The notes under the pieces were generated by a model. The model did no database searches, was not told the DNA's origin, and saw only the letters and a list, made by a program, of their open reading frames with translations. Positions 56,385 through 64,000 of a stretch of DNA of 64,000 nucleotides are shown here, piece by piece. This DNA comes from Alphaproteobacteria bacterium (GTDB taxonomy: Bacteria > Pseudomonadota > Alphaproteobacteria > UBA6615): contig JAJFJA010000005.1 in the NCBI GenBank assembly GCA_021774445.1, positions 73,790 to 137,789 on the forward strand. The letters run 5' to 3'. Numbering within the stretch: the stretch's first letter is position 1; each line of letters begins with the position of its first letter. The position numbers and the translations under genes were made by a program.

Positions 56385-56831
56385 ATGGCGTGGCGATTTC
56401 CGCGGTTCGTAACGGCGTTTCTTAGCGCCGCCTTGTTAGCTACCCTGGCGGCACCAACAACGGCACAAGTGGATGGACCGGTGACGACGACTGAAAGCGG
56501 CCTACAGTACATAGACACCGTCGAAGGTGACGGGGCGACACCGGCGAGCGGCCAAACAACGGTCGTGCACTATACCGGCTGGCTCTACGAGGACGGCGAG
56601 AAAGGCGAAAAATTCGATAGCTCGGTGGACCGCGGTCAGCCGTTCGAGTTTCCCATTGGTCAGGGACGGGTTATTCGCGGCTGGGACGAAGGGGTCGGCA
56701 GCATGAAAATCGGCGGCAAGCGGACTTTGATCATCCCGCCGGACCTGGGATACGGTGCCCGGGGTGCAGGCGGCGTGATACCGCCGAACGCCACTTTGCT
56801 GTTCGAAGTGGAACTGCTCGACGTGCGATAA
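56385..56831 (+). CDS. FKBP-type peptidyl-prolyl cis-trans isomerase, secreted
   Basis: Signal peptide and FKBP domain ([18 protein letters not shown]...[19 protein letters not shown]...[10 protein letters not shown]). Confidence 0.85.
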   Translation: MAWRFPRFVTAFLSAALLATLAAPTTAQVDGPVTTTESGLQYIDTVEGDGATPASGQTTVVHYTGWLYEDGEKGEKFDSSVDRGQPFEFPIGQGRVIRGWDEGVGSMKIGGKRTLIIPPDLGYGARGAGGVIPPNATLLFEVELLDVR

Positions 56832-56892
56832 GGGGCGTTGCCGGTCCGGCCGACAAGCCTATGTTGCGGCCAGGGTACGGATTGGAGTAGCG

Positions 56893-57552
56893 ATGCCCGG
56901 ATATACGCCGCAACGGAATGACTTCGACTATATCCGAGAGGTCTCGGTGCGTGTGCCCGAGATCTTGCAGGAACTGAGGACAGAGACCGCTAATCTGCCC
57001 GGGGCCGGCATGCAGGTCTCAGTCGAACAGGCGCAATTTCTTGCGTTGATGGTCAGGCTGATCGATGCCCAGCGATGCCTTGAAGTCGGGACCTTTACAG
57101 GCGGCAGCTCGCTTGCCGTGGCAATGGCCCTGCCAGAAGACGGCCGTCTCTGGTGCTGCGACGTCAGCAAAGAGTATACCGATGTTGCGCGGCGATATTG
57201 GCAGGCAGCCGGTGTGTCCGAGAAGATCACGCTGACCCTCGGCCCGGCGGTAGAGACGCTGCAGGGCAAAATCGACGAGGGTGAAGCGGGAAGTTATGAT
57301 TTGGCCTTTATCGACGCCGATAAGACCAACTACGACAAGTATTATGAGCTGTGCCTGACGCTGTTGCGGCCGGGCGGGGTCGTAATGATCGACAACGTCC
57401 TTTGGCACGGGGCGGCAGCCGATCCCAAAGTGGACGATCCGGATACCAATTCGATCAAGGCGTTGAACGCCAAAATCGGCAAGGACGACCGGGTGGACGC
57501 GGTATTGCTGCCGATCGGCGATGGTCATATGACCTGTAGGAAACGTCCGTAA
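56893..57552 (+). CDS. Class I SAM-dependent O-methyltransferase (family 3, caffeoyl-CoA/catechol OMT-like)
   Basis: LEVGTFTGGSSLAVAMAL SAM motif I, DLAFIDADK, and the divalent-cation-dependent OMT pattern. Confidence 0.85.
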   Translation: MPGYTPQRNDFDYIREVSVRVPEILQELRTETANLPGAGMQVSVEQAQFLALMVRLIDAQRCLEVGTFTGGSSLAVAMALPEDGRLWCCDVSKEYTDVARRYWQAAGVSEKITLTLGPAVETLQGKIDEGEAGSYDLAFIDADKTNYDKYYELCLTLLRPGGVVMIDNVLWHGAAADPKVDDPDTNSIKALNAKIGKDDRVDAVLLPIGDGHMTCRKRP

Positions 57553-57681
57553 CAGTCTGTAATAATTCGTGAATATGCCGCTTAGGCGGTACGGGCCGGG
57601 GTTCAGCGATTGTTAACGGGTTTCTGTGACAATTCAGGTTCCTGAGAGAAAAGGCCGCATCCTGTGGCCGGGAGACTGGAC

Positions 57682-57990
57682 ATGTACAGAAGTACCGCCT
57701 TTGTGGCCGTGTTCGCCGTTGCCTCGCTGGCTTTTGATGGTGTGGCTTTCGCTCAACAGCAGCGTGCCTGTGCCAGCCGCGATGCCGCACTCCAGCACTT
57801 GGCCAAGAAGTACTCGGAGGAGCCGGTCGCCATCGGCCTCGCCAACAATGGCGGCGTGCTCGAAGTCCTGTCCAGCGATGGGGGTTCCTGGACGATTATC
57901 CTGACCATGCCCAACGGTGTGAGCTGCATGTTGGCCACCGGGCAAAGCTGGGAAGCCATCGCCCCGGTGACCTCCGGATCCAAGGTCTGA
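57682..57990 (+). CDS. Hypothetical secreted protein (about 102 aa)
   Basis: Signal peptide MYRSTAFVAVFAVASLAFDGVAFA, preceded by GGGAG SD. No family recognised. Confidence 0.5.
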   Translation: MYRSTAFVAVFAVASLAFDGVAFAQQQRACASRDAALQHLAKKYSEEPVAIGLANNGGVLEVLSSDGGSWTIILTMPNGVSCMLATGQSWEAIAPVTSGSKV

Positions 57991-57997
57991 CCGCTCG

Positions 57998-58468
57998 CTA
58001 ACCGCCGCCGCCAAGCAGCGGATGGGCCACCTTATCGCCCACTTTAATACTTAACCGCCGGACGGTACCGGCGTTCAATTCAAGCACCGCCAGCACCGGT
58101 ACCCGTGAGGATACGGTCTTCAGCGACTGCGGGATCGTGCGCTCGACGATATGAGCGATCGTGCCATCGGCCTTGACGAACAGCATGTCCAACGGGATGA
58201 AGGTATTGCGCATCCAAAAACCGCGCATGGCTTCCCTGTCATTGACGAACAACATACCGGCATCGGCCGCCATCGATTGGCGAAACATCAGACCTTGCGC
58301 CTGCTGCTGCGGCGTCAAGGCCAGCTCGACGGCGAACGTATAGGTGTCGCCGGCAGTGGCTATTTCAAGCTCCGACCGCTCGAAATCCAGGAGTTGTCCG
58401 GTCTGCGCCGAGCCTTCCAGCGGCAGCAGCAGGAGGACGGCGTAAAAGACGATGCGCAAGGCCTTCAT
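57998..58468 (-). CDS. DUF192 domain protein, secreted
   Basis: Signal peptide plus FWMRNTFIPLDMLFVKADGTI...AVLELNAG...VKVGDKV, matching DUF192. Confidence 0.75.
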   Translation of the reverse strand: MKALRIVFYAVLLLLPLEGSAQTGQLLDFERSELEIATAGDTYTFAVELALTPQQQAQGLMFRQSMAADAGMLFVNDREAMRGFWMRNTFIPLDMLFVKADGTIAHIVERTIPQSLKTVSSRVPVLAVLELNAGTVRRLSIKVGDKVAHPLLGGGG

Positions 58469-59652
58469 ATAGCGGGTCTCCAGGCATTTGTTTTGGCCAA
58501 CACGGCCTTGGCCGTGGCGTGAATTTCCGGGCGAATTGCCCCAGAATTAGGCGGATCGGCCAGAGTGTCAAACCAATGCTGCGGTGGATTGCGGCCGGCG
58601 GCGCGATGCCAAGTCAGGCCGCGAAGCACATCCTCGCCAGCCGCCGGTAATTGCGCCGGAATGGTGTGGCCGCATAATGCCGCCCAAACGCCGGTCCAGC
58701 AGCGGGCGACGCTCCACGGATTGTAGCCGCCGCCGCCGAGAACAAGGGCGCAGGGCGCCAACTCGATGCTTTGCGTTACCGCCCGCCAAAGGGCGCCGTT
58801 GGAGAGCGAAAGCTTGCTGAGCGGATCGTCGGCCAGTGCGTCGGCGCCACATTGCACGACAACGATCTGCGGCGCGAACGCGGTGCAGACCGGCACGACT
58901 GCCTCGCGGAGAAGATACGCCAACTCGGCATCATGAAAACCCATCGGCACCGGCAAATTGCATGCCGTGGCGTGAGACCAGCCGGCGGCGGCACCGGTGT
59001 GAGGCCAGCGATCGCGTTCGTGGATCGACAAGGTCAAAACACGGTCGTCATCGGCGAAGGCATCCTCGACCCCGTCGCCATGGTGGGCGTCATAGTCGAC
59101 GTAGCAGACGCGCTCGATGCCGCCATCGAGCATGCGCAAGATCCCCAGCACCGGATCGTTGAGATAGCAAAAACCACTGGCCCGATCCGGCCGGCCGTGG
59201 TGGGTGCCGCCGGCTGGGCTATAGATCACGCGTCCCTGCCCGGCCAGCGCCGCGGCGACGAGCAGATCGGCGGCATAGAGACTGGCGCCGGCGGCTGTTG
59301 CCGGACGACTGAACATCTGCTGGAAAATCGGATTCTCGAGACGACCGAGATTGAAGCGCTCGCGGTCGTGGGGCGACGCGCGCCCGCTGTGCTCGGTGGC
59401 CAGGAGGGCGGCGAGATAGTCGGGATCATGGAAACGGGTGAGCGCGGCGACATCGGCGCGTGGGCTGTCACAGTAGGATGAGTCGGGCAGCCAGCCGAGG
59501 GCGCGGCACAAGTCTATGGTGGCGGACACTCGCGGGATCGCCAGCGGATGGCGGGGGCCATAGGAAGACGTGCGGTAGATCTCACTACCGATGAATAACG
59601 GGGGATCCGCGCGGCGTGGGCCCGGCAGCGCTGTGGCGGCCTCATATGGCAT
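58465..59652 (-). CDS. Histone-deacetylase-superfamily protein (acetoin-utilisation AcuC/HDAC-like amidohydrolase)
   Basis: HDAC fold motifs (GFCYLNDPVL, VDYDAHHGDGVEDAF, GGGGYN). The track N-terminus (to 59850) would overlap the TPP riboswitch, so the start is placed at the ATG at 59652 (alternative 59733). Stop overlaps the DUF192 start by 4 bp. Confidence 0.75.
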   Translation of the reverse strand: MPYEAATALPGPRRADPPLFIGSEIYRTSSYGPRHPLAIPRVSATIDLCRALGWLPDSSYCDSPRADVAALTRFHDPDYLAALLATEHSGRASPHDRERFNLGRLENPIFQQMFSRPATAAGASLYAADLLVAAALAGQGRVIYSPAGGTHHGRPDRASGFCYLNDPVLGILRMLDGGIERVCYVDYDAHHGDGVEDAFADDDRVLTLSIHERDRWPHTGAAAGWSHATACNLPVPMGFHDAELAYLLREAVVPVCTAFAPQIVVVQCGADALADDPLSKLSLSNGALWRAVTQSIELAPCALVLGGGGYNPWSVARCWTGVWAALCGHTIPAQLPAAGEDVLRGLTWHRAAGRNPPQHWFDTLADPPNSGAIRPEIHATAKAVLAKTNAWRPAI

Positions 59653-59744
59653 TGGTTCGACATAAGCGGCCGGGTCGCACAGTTCAACGACGCCGCCATG
59701 GCCAACTTGACTTGCCGGGCGGCGGCGGCCCATAGTCCGTTGAA

Positions 59745-59836
59745 CCCACCGGGGGGAACCGCCGAGGCGGTTGAGAGGTCCCAATGACGGGACGACCCCT
59801 TGAACCTGATCCGGATCATGCCGGCGTAGGGACGAG
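59745..59836 (+). promoter_or_regulatory. TPP (THI-box) riboswitch
   Basis: CCGGGGGGAACCGCCGAGGCGGTTGAGAGGTCCCAATGACGGGACGACCCCTTGAACCTGATCCGGATCATGCCGGCGTAGGGAC carries the UGAGA, ACCC..UGAACCUGAUC and GGAU.AUGCC.GCG.AGGGA elements. CCGGAUCAUGCCGG shows compensatory pairing relative to the canonical CUGGAUAAUGCCAG. Confidence 0.85.
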
Positions 59837-59843
59837 TGAGGCG

Positions 59844-60620
59844 ATGGCAAAGTCCGTTATTGAGCCCCAAATATCCCAACAGACCGCCGAAGCCGGGCCG
59901 TGCATGCGGGCGCGGGTCGAGCGTTTTGCGTTCGAGGGGGAACTGCTGTTCTCGGGGCTGGACTTTGCCGCCGAACAAGGCCGCTGGACATGCCTTTTGG
60001 GACCCAGCGGCGTCGGCAAGACAACCTTATTGCGGATGATTGCCGGGTTGTTGCCTGGCGCGGTTTGCGACGTCGCCGGCGCGCCACTTGGCGGACAGGT
60101 CGGCTACATGGCACAGCAAGACCTGCTGATGCCGTGGCTGGACGCCGCGGAGAACGTCATGGTGGGACAGCGGCTGCGGGGTGAGCGGAGGCAGCGGAAG
60201 CGAGCCCTACAACTGCTGGAACAGGTCGGCGTGGTCGAGCATGCCGGCAAGTTGCCGGCAACGCTCTCCGGCGGTCAGCGGCAGCGGGTCGCGCTGGCAC
60301 GCACGCTGATGGAGGACCGGCCGATCGTGCTCATGGACGAGCCGTTCTCGTCCGTCGATGCGGTCAACCGCCAGCGTTTGCAGACCCTCGCCGCCACCTT
60401 GCTGCGCGATCGCACCGTCGTCCTGATTACCCATGATCCGCAGGAGGCGCTGCTGCTGGGCCACAAGATCCTGGTGATGTCCGGGCGGCCGGCGGTGCTG
60501 GAAGAGGCGGCGGTGCCGGACACCGTCACGCCGCGCCGGACCACCGACCCCGCTCTGGTCGGGTTGCAAGAAAAGTTGATGCAGAAACTCACGGCGGCGC
60601 TCGAGGAGGTCGGCGCATGA
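59844..60620 (+). CDS. ABC transporter ATP-binding protein, NitT/TauT family (ThiZ-like, pyrimidine-precursor importer)
   Basis: Walker A GPSGVGKTT, signature LSGGQRQRVALARTL, Walker B LMDEPFSSVD. Start ATG at 59844, immediately 3' of the riboswitch. Confidence 0.85.
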   Translation: MAKSVIEPQISQQTAEAGPCMRARVERFAFEGELLFSGLDFAAEQGRWTCLLGPSGVGKTTLLRMIAGLLPGAVCDVAGAPLGGQVGYMAQQDLLMPWLDAAENVMVGQRLRGERRQRKRALQLLEQVGVVEHAGKLPATLSGGQRQRVALARTLMEDRPIVLMDEPFSSVDAVNRQRLQTLAATLLRDRTVVLITHDPQEALLLGHKILVMSGRPAVLEEAAVPDTVTPRRTTDPALVGLQEKLMQKLTAALEEVGA

Positions 60621-61381
60621 CCGCCGCCGGGCGCCCGTTGGTGATCCTGCTGGGGCTGCTGGTCCTGTGGCAACTGGCCGTCTGGCTGAGCGACATTCCG
60701 CCCTTCCTGTTGCCGGGACCGGGCGCCGTGCTCGAGGTATTGTGGACACGCTACGAGACCCTGGCCGGGCATACTTTGATAACGGTCGGCGAGATCCTGT
60801 TGGGCCTGGTATTCGGGACCGCGTTGGGTGCCACAAGCGCGCTGGTCATGGCCTATTTCCGCCCGGCCAGGGCCTGGCTGATGCCGGTGCTGGTGGTGAG
60901 CCAAGCGGTGCCGGTTTTCGCGTTGGCACCGGTGCTGGTGCTGTGGTTCGGTTACGGCCTGGCACCCAAGGTCGCGATGGCGACATTGATCATCTATTTT
61001 CCGGTGACCGCCGCTTTTCACGACGGTTTGCGGCGAACCGAGCCCGGCTGGCTGGACCTGGCGCAGACAATGGGAGCGTCGCGCTGGTCGCAGCTGCGCC
61101 GGGTTCGCCTACCCGCGGCGATGCCTGCTTTCGCATCAGGTTTGCGGGTGGCGGCCGCCGTGGCGCCGATCGGTGCGGTGGTCGGGGAATGGGTCGGCTC
61201 ATCCGCGGGACTTGGCTACTACATGCTGCTGATGAACGGCCGCGTGCAAACCGCGGCGATGTTCGCCGCCCTGTTCATTCTGGCGCTGGTGGCCGTCGTC
61301 CTCTACTTCGCGATCGACATCCTATTGCGCCTGGCGCTGCCGTGGCAGCCGGATTCCGACCCTAGCCTCAAACCGGAGTAA
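60617..61381 (+). CDS. ABC transporter permease, NitT/TauT family (ThiX-like)
   Basis: 254 aa, 6 TM. 4-bp overlap with the ATPase gene. Confidence 0.85.
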   Translation: MTAAGRPLVILLGLLVLWQLAVWLSDIPPFLLPGPGAVLEVLWTRYETLAGHTLITVGEILLGLVFGTALGATSALVMAYFRPARAWLMPVLVVSQAVPVFALAPVLVLWFGYGLAPKVAMATLIIYFPVTAAFHDGLRRTEPGWLDLAQTMGASRWSQLRRVRLPAAMPAFASGLRVAAAVAPIGAVVGEWVGSSAGLGYYMLLMNGRVQTAAMFAALFILALVAVVLYFAIDILLRLALPWQPDSDPSLKPE

Positions 61382-61387
61382 GTCCCG

Positions 61388-62341
61388 ATGACAAGTCGAT
61401 ATAGAAACCTGGCGATCGGCGCCGCGGCTTTGGCGCTGGTCACTGCGCCGCTGCAGGCGACGGCGGCCGAGAAGCTCACCGTCATCCTGGACTGGTTTAT
61501 TAACCCCGATCACGGGCCACTGCTGATCGCTCAGGAGGGCGGCTTCTTCGAAGCGCATGGTTTGGAGGTGGCGTTGATCGCCCCGGCCGACCCCAATGAC
61601 CCGCCAAAGCTGGTCGCCGCCGGCAAGGCGGACCTGGCCGTTTCCTATCAGCCACAACTGCATCTGCAGGTGGCCGCGGGCCTGCCGCTGGTGCGGGTCG
61701 GCACCTTGGTGGGGACACCGCTGAACTCGCTGGTGGTGTTGGCCGACGGGCCGATCAAATCGATCGCCGATCTCAAGGGGCGCAAGGTCGGGTTTTCGGT
61801 CGGCGGTTTCGAGGATGCCTTACTGGGCGCGATGTTGGAGAAAAACGGGCTGAGCCTGGACGACGTCGAGCTGGTCAACGTCAACTTCTCACTGTCGCCG
61901 GCGCTGATCAGCGGGCAGGTGGATGCAGTCATCGGCGCGTTTCGTAACTTCGAGTTGAACCAGATGGATATTATCGGCCGACCCGGTCGGGCGTTCTTCT
62001 TGGAGGAAGAAGGCGTGCCGCCCTATGACGAGTTGGTCATAGTGGCCAATAAGGCAACATTGGACGATCCGAGGCTGGCGGCGTTCATGGCGGCATTGGA
62101 GGACGCGACGTTGTTCCTGGTGAACCACCCGGAGGAAAGCTGGGCAATGTTCATCAAGGACCGGCCCGATTTGGACGATGAACTGAACCGGCGGGCCTGG
62201 CGCGACACCCTGCCCCGCTTCGCGCTGCGACCGGCGGCCTTGCAACAAGGGCGCTACGAGAATTTCGCTCGGTTTCTGGTGGAGCGCGGGCTGATCAACA
62301 GCGTGCCGCCACTGGGCGACTACGCCGTGGAGCTCAAGTAA
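61388..62341 (+). CDS. ABC transporter substrate-binding protein, NMT1/THI5-like (ThiY-like)
   Basis: Signal peptide plus NMT1/THI5 fold (LTVILDWFINPDHGPLLIAQEGGFF...). Gene order ATPase-permease-SBP downstream of a TPP riboswitch matches ThiZXY. Confidence 0.85.
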   Translation: MTSRYRNLAIGAAALALVTAPLQATAAEKLTVILDWFINPDHGPLLIAQEGGFFEAHGLEVALIAPADPNDPPKLVAAGKADLAVSYQPQLHLQVAAGLPLVRVGTLVGTPLNSLVVLADGPIKSIADLKGRKVGFSVGGFEDALLGAMLEKNGLSLDDVELVNVNFSLSPALISGQVDAVIGAFRNFELNQMDIIGRPGRAFFLEEEGVPPYDELVIVANKATLDDPRLAAFMAALEDATLFLVNHPEESWAMFIKDRPDLDDELNRRAWRDTLPRFALRPAALQQGRYENFARFLVERGLINSVPPLGDYAVELK

Positions 62342-64000
62342 CGGCAGGTTCGAGCGCTTCCTCCGCCTCCTTGACCTGCTGTTCACGTTGCCGGGTCCAC
62401 AGGGCGGCGTATTTACCCCCCAGCTTCAGCAACTCACTATGGCGACCACGCTCGACGACCCGACCATCCTCGAGGACAATAATCTGGTCGGCGTGAACGA
62501 CGGTGGACAGCCGGTGGGCGATGATCAGGGTGGTGTGGTCCTCGGAAACTTTCTCGAGCGCCGCCTGAATCTCCTTTTCGGTGTGGGTGTCCAAGGCCGA
62601 GGTGGCCTCGTCGAACATGAGAATCTGGGGTTGTTTGAGAATGGTGCGGGCGATGGCGACGCGTTGCTTTTCGCCGCCGGATAGCTTGAGGCCGCGTTCG
62701 CCGACACGGGATTCATAACCGTCGGGTAGGGTCATGACGAAATCGTGGACCTGGGCTAGCCGGGCGGCCTCTTCGACCTCCGCCTTTGTCGCATCAGGGC
62801 GGCCATAGCGGATGTTGTAGAAGATGGTGTCGTTGAACAACACGGTGTCCTGCGGGACGATACCGATCGCCGCCCGCAGGCTGGCCTGCTGCACCTCGCG
62901 AATATCCTGGCCATCTATGGTGATGGCGCCCGCGTCAACGTCATAGAAACGGAACAGCAGCCGGCTGATCGTCGACTTGCCGGCGCCGGTGGGCCCAACG
63001 ATGGCGACGGTTTGGCCGGCAGGAACCTCGAAGCTGACGTCCTTGAGGATCGCCCGGCGGTCATCGTAGGCGAAACCGACATGGCTGAAGGCCAGATTGC
63101 CCTGCCCGACCTTCAGAGGCGGGGCGCCCGGCGCATCCTCGATTTCACGATTGACGTTCAGCAGGCTGAACATGGACTCCATGTCGGTCAGCGATTGCTT
63201 GATCTCGCGATAGACGAAGCCGAGGAAGTTCAGCGGCTGGGATAGCTGGATGAGATAGGCATTTACGGCGACGAAGTCGCCCACGGTCATATTCCCTTTG
63301 GCGACCCCAAATGCGGCCATCATCATATTGCCGATGAGACCCCCAGAGATGATGAAGCCCTGGCCGATGTTGACGACGGACAGCGAGGTCATGCTGCGGA
63401 CCGCCATTTTTTCGTAGCGTTTCACCGCGCTGTCGTAGCGCTGGGCCTCATGTTCCTCATTGCCGAAATATTTGACCGTTTCGAAGTTCAGCAGACTGTC
63501 GATGGCCTTGGTGTTGGCCTCGCTGTCGGACTGGTTCATGGCGCGCCGAAACTTCAGGCGCCATTCGGTCACGGTTAACGTGTAGGTGATGTAGACGACG
63601 ATGGTGCCGAGGGTGACGAGGGTGAAACGAAAGTCGTAGAGGGTCCACAGGATGATCGACACCATCGTGAGTTCGAGCAGGGTCGGCACGATGTTGAACA
63701 ACATGAAGCGGAGCAGAAAATCGATGCCCCGCAAGCCGCGCTCTATGGCGCGGCTGAGCCCGCCGGTTTGGCGGTCGAGATGGAAGCGCAATGCCAGGCT
63801 GTGCAAATGCCGGAAGGTCTTGAGCGCGACGACGCGAATGGCGCGCTGGCTGACCTTGGCAAAAACGAAGTCGCGCAGCTCGCCGAGCGCCCGAGACACC
63901 ACTTGGGCCCCGCCATAAGCGAGAATGAGGGCAACCGGCACCACGACGATAGCTTGATTGGCGCCACTCAGGCTATCTACTGCCGCCTTGTAGAGCAGCG
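62334..64000 (-). CDS. ABC transporter ATP-binding/permease fusion, ABCB/Atm1-like exporter (5' end beyond window)
   Basis: C-terminal NBD (GPTGAGKST, LSGGEKQRVAIAR, MFDEATSALD) preceded by TM helices of an exporter TMD (FETVKYFGNEEHE). Too few TM helices are within the window, so the gene continues past 64000. Confidence 0.8.
   Translation of the reverse strand, partial: LLYKAAVDSLSGANQAIVVVPVALILAYGGAQVVSRALGELRDFVFAKVSQRAIRVVALKTFRHLHSLALRFHLDRQTGGLSRAIERGLRGIDFLLRFMLFNIVPTLLELTMVSIILWTLYDFRFTLVTLGTIVVYITYTLTVTEWRLKFRRAMNQSDSEANTKAIDSLLNFETVKYFGNEEHEAQRYDSAVKRYEKMAVRSMTSLSVVNIGQGFIISGGLIGNMMMAAFGVAKGNMTVGDFVAVNAYLIQLSQPLNFLGFVYREIKQSLTDMESMFSLLNVNREIEDAPGAPPLKVGQGNLAFSHVGFAYDDRRAILKDVSFEVPAGQTVAIVGPTGAGKSTISRLLFRFYDVDAGAITIDGQDIREVQQASLRAAIGIVPQDTVLFNDTIFYNIRYGRPDATKAEVEEAARLAQVHDFVMTLPDGYESRVGERGLKLSGGEKQRVAIARTILKQPQILMFDEATSALDTHTEKEIQAALEKVSEDHTTLIIAHRLSTVVHADQIIVLEDGRVVERGRHSELLKLGGKYAALWTRQREQQVKEAEEALEPAVT

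Noticed and set aside
1-64000. CRISPR arrays, rRNA genes, complete prophage or integrative element
   Set aside because: No spaced direct-repeat arrays, no rRNA-like conserved stretches, and no integrase, portal or terminase-like ORFs. Only the IS256 fragment and the 27-bp tandem repeat were found.

Overview
Chromosomal window of about 65% GC, probably from an alphaproteobacterium (Rhodospirillales/Rhizobiales-like codon usage), densely coding, with about 58 supportable CDS, one tRNA-Pro(TGG), one TPP riboswitch, an IS256-family transposase remnant and several gene remnants. Functional blocks, in order, with the first eight transcribed mostly on the minus strand:
1. GYD protein and CysQ.
2. 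An archease-RtcB RNA-ligase operon.
3. A glycosyltransferase-4 plus glycogen-debranching-like pair.
4. A proteostasis cluster (site-2 protease with CBS domains, Lon, Hsp20).
5. A decayed dienelactone-hydrolase gene followed by a COG1926-type phosphoribosyltransferase, a divergent PRPP-synthetase paralog and an APH-fold kinase.
6. A tRNA-Pro with an IS256 remnant in a low-GC ORF-poor patch.
7. A class II cytochrome c, then hydantoinase A/B and an amidohydrolase.
8. GGT plus a dipeptide-type ABC importer without ATPase genes, an esterase and an MFS exporter.
9. A catabolic island built round a 992-aa fused HcnA/HcnB/HcnC-like (opine/D-hydroxyproline-dehydrogenase-like) oxidoreductase, with a DapA-family lyase, a polar amino-acid ABC transporter split over two divergent operons, a PTE-family hydrolase, a GntR regulator and an M20 peptidase. 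A 26-bp perfect palindrome sits in its divergent promoter.
10. An organosulfur locus with two sulfatases, two Gfo/Idh/MocA paralogs, an AtsRBC-like transporter, an IclR regulator and an amidohydrolase_2.
11. MFS, HMG-CoA lyase, FKBP, an O-methyltransferase, DUF192 and an HDAC-like gene.
12. A TPP-riboswitch-controlled ThiZXY-like pyrimidine-precursor ABC importer.
13. An Atm1-like ABC exporter cut by the window edge.
The ORF track uses alternative start codons and over-extends many N-termini; starts were re-set where an ATG/GTG plus Shine-Dalgarno (SD) sequence or a neighbouring feature allowed. No CRISPR array was seen.
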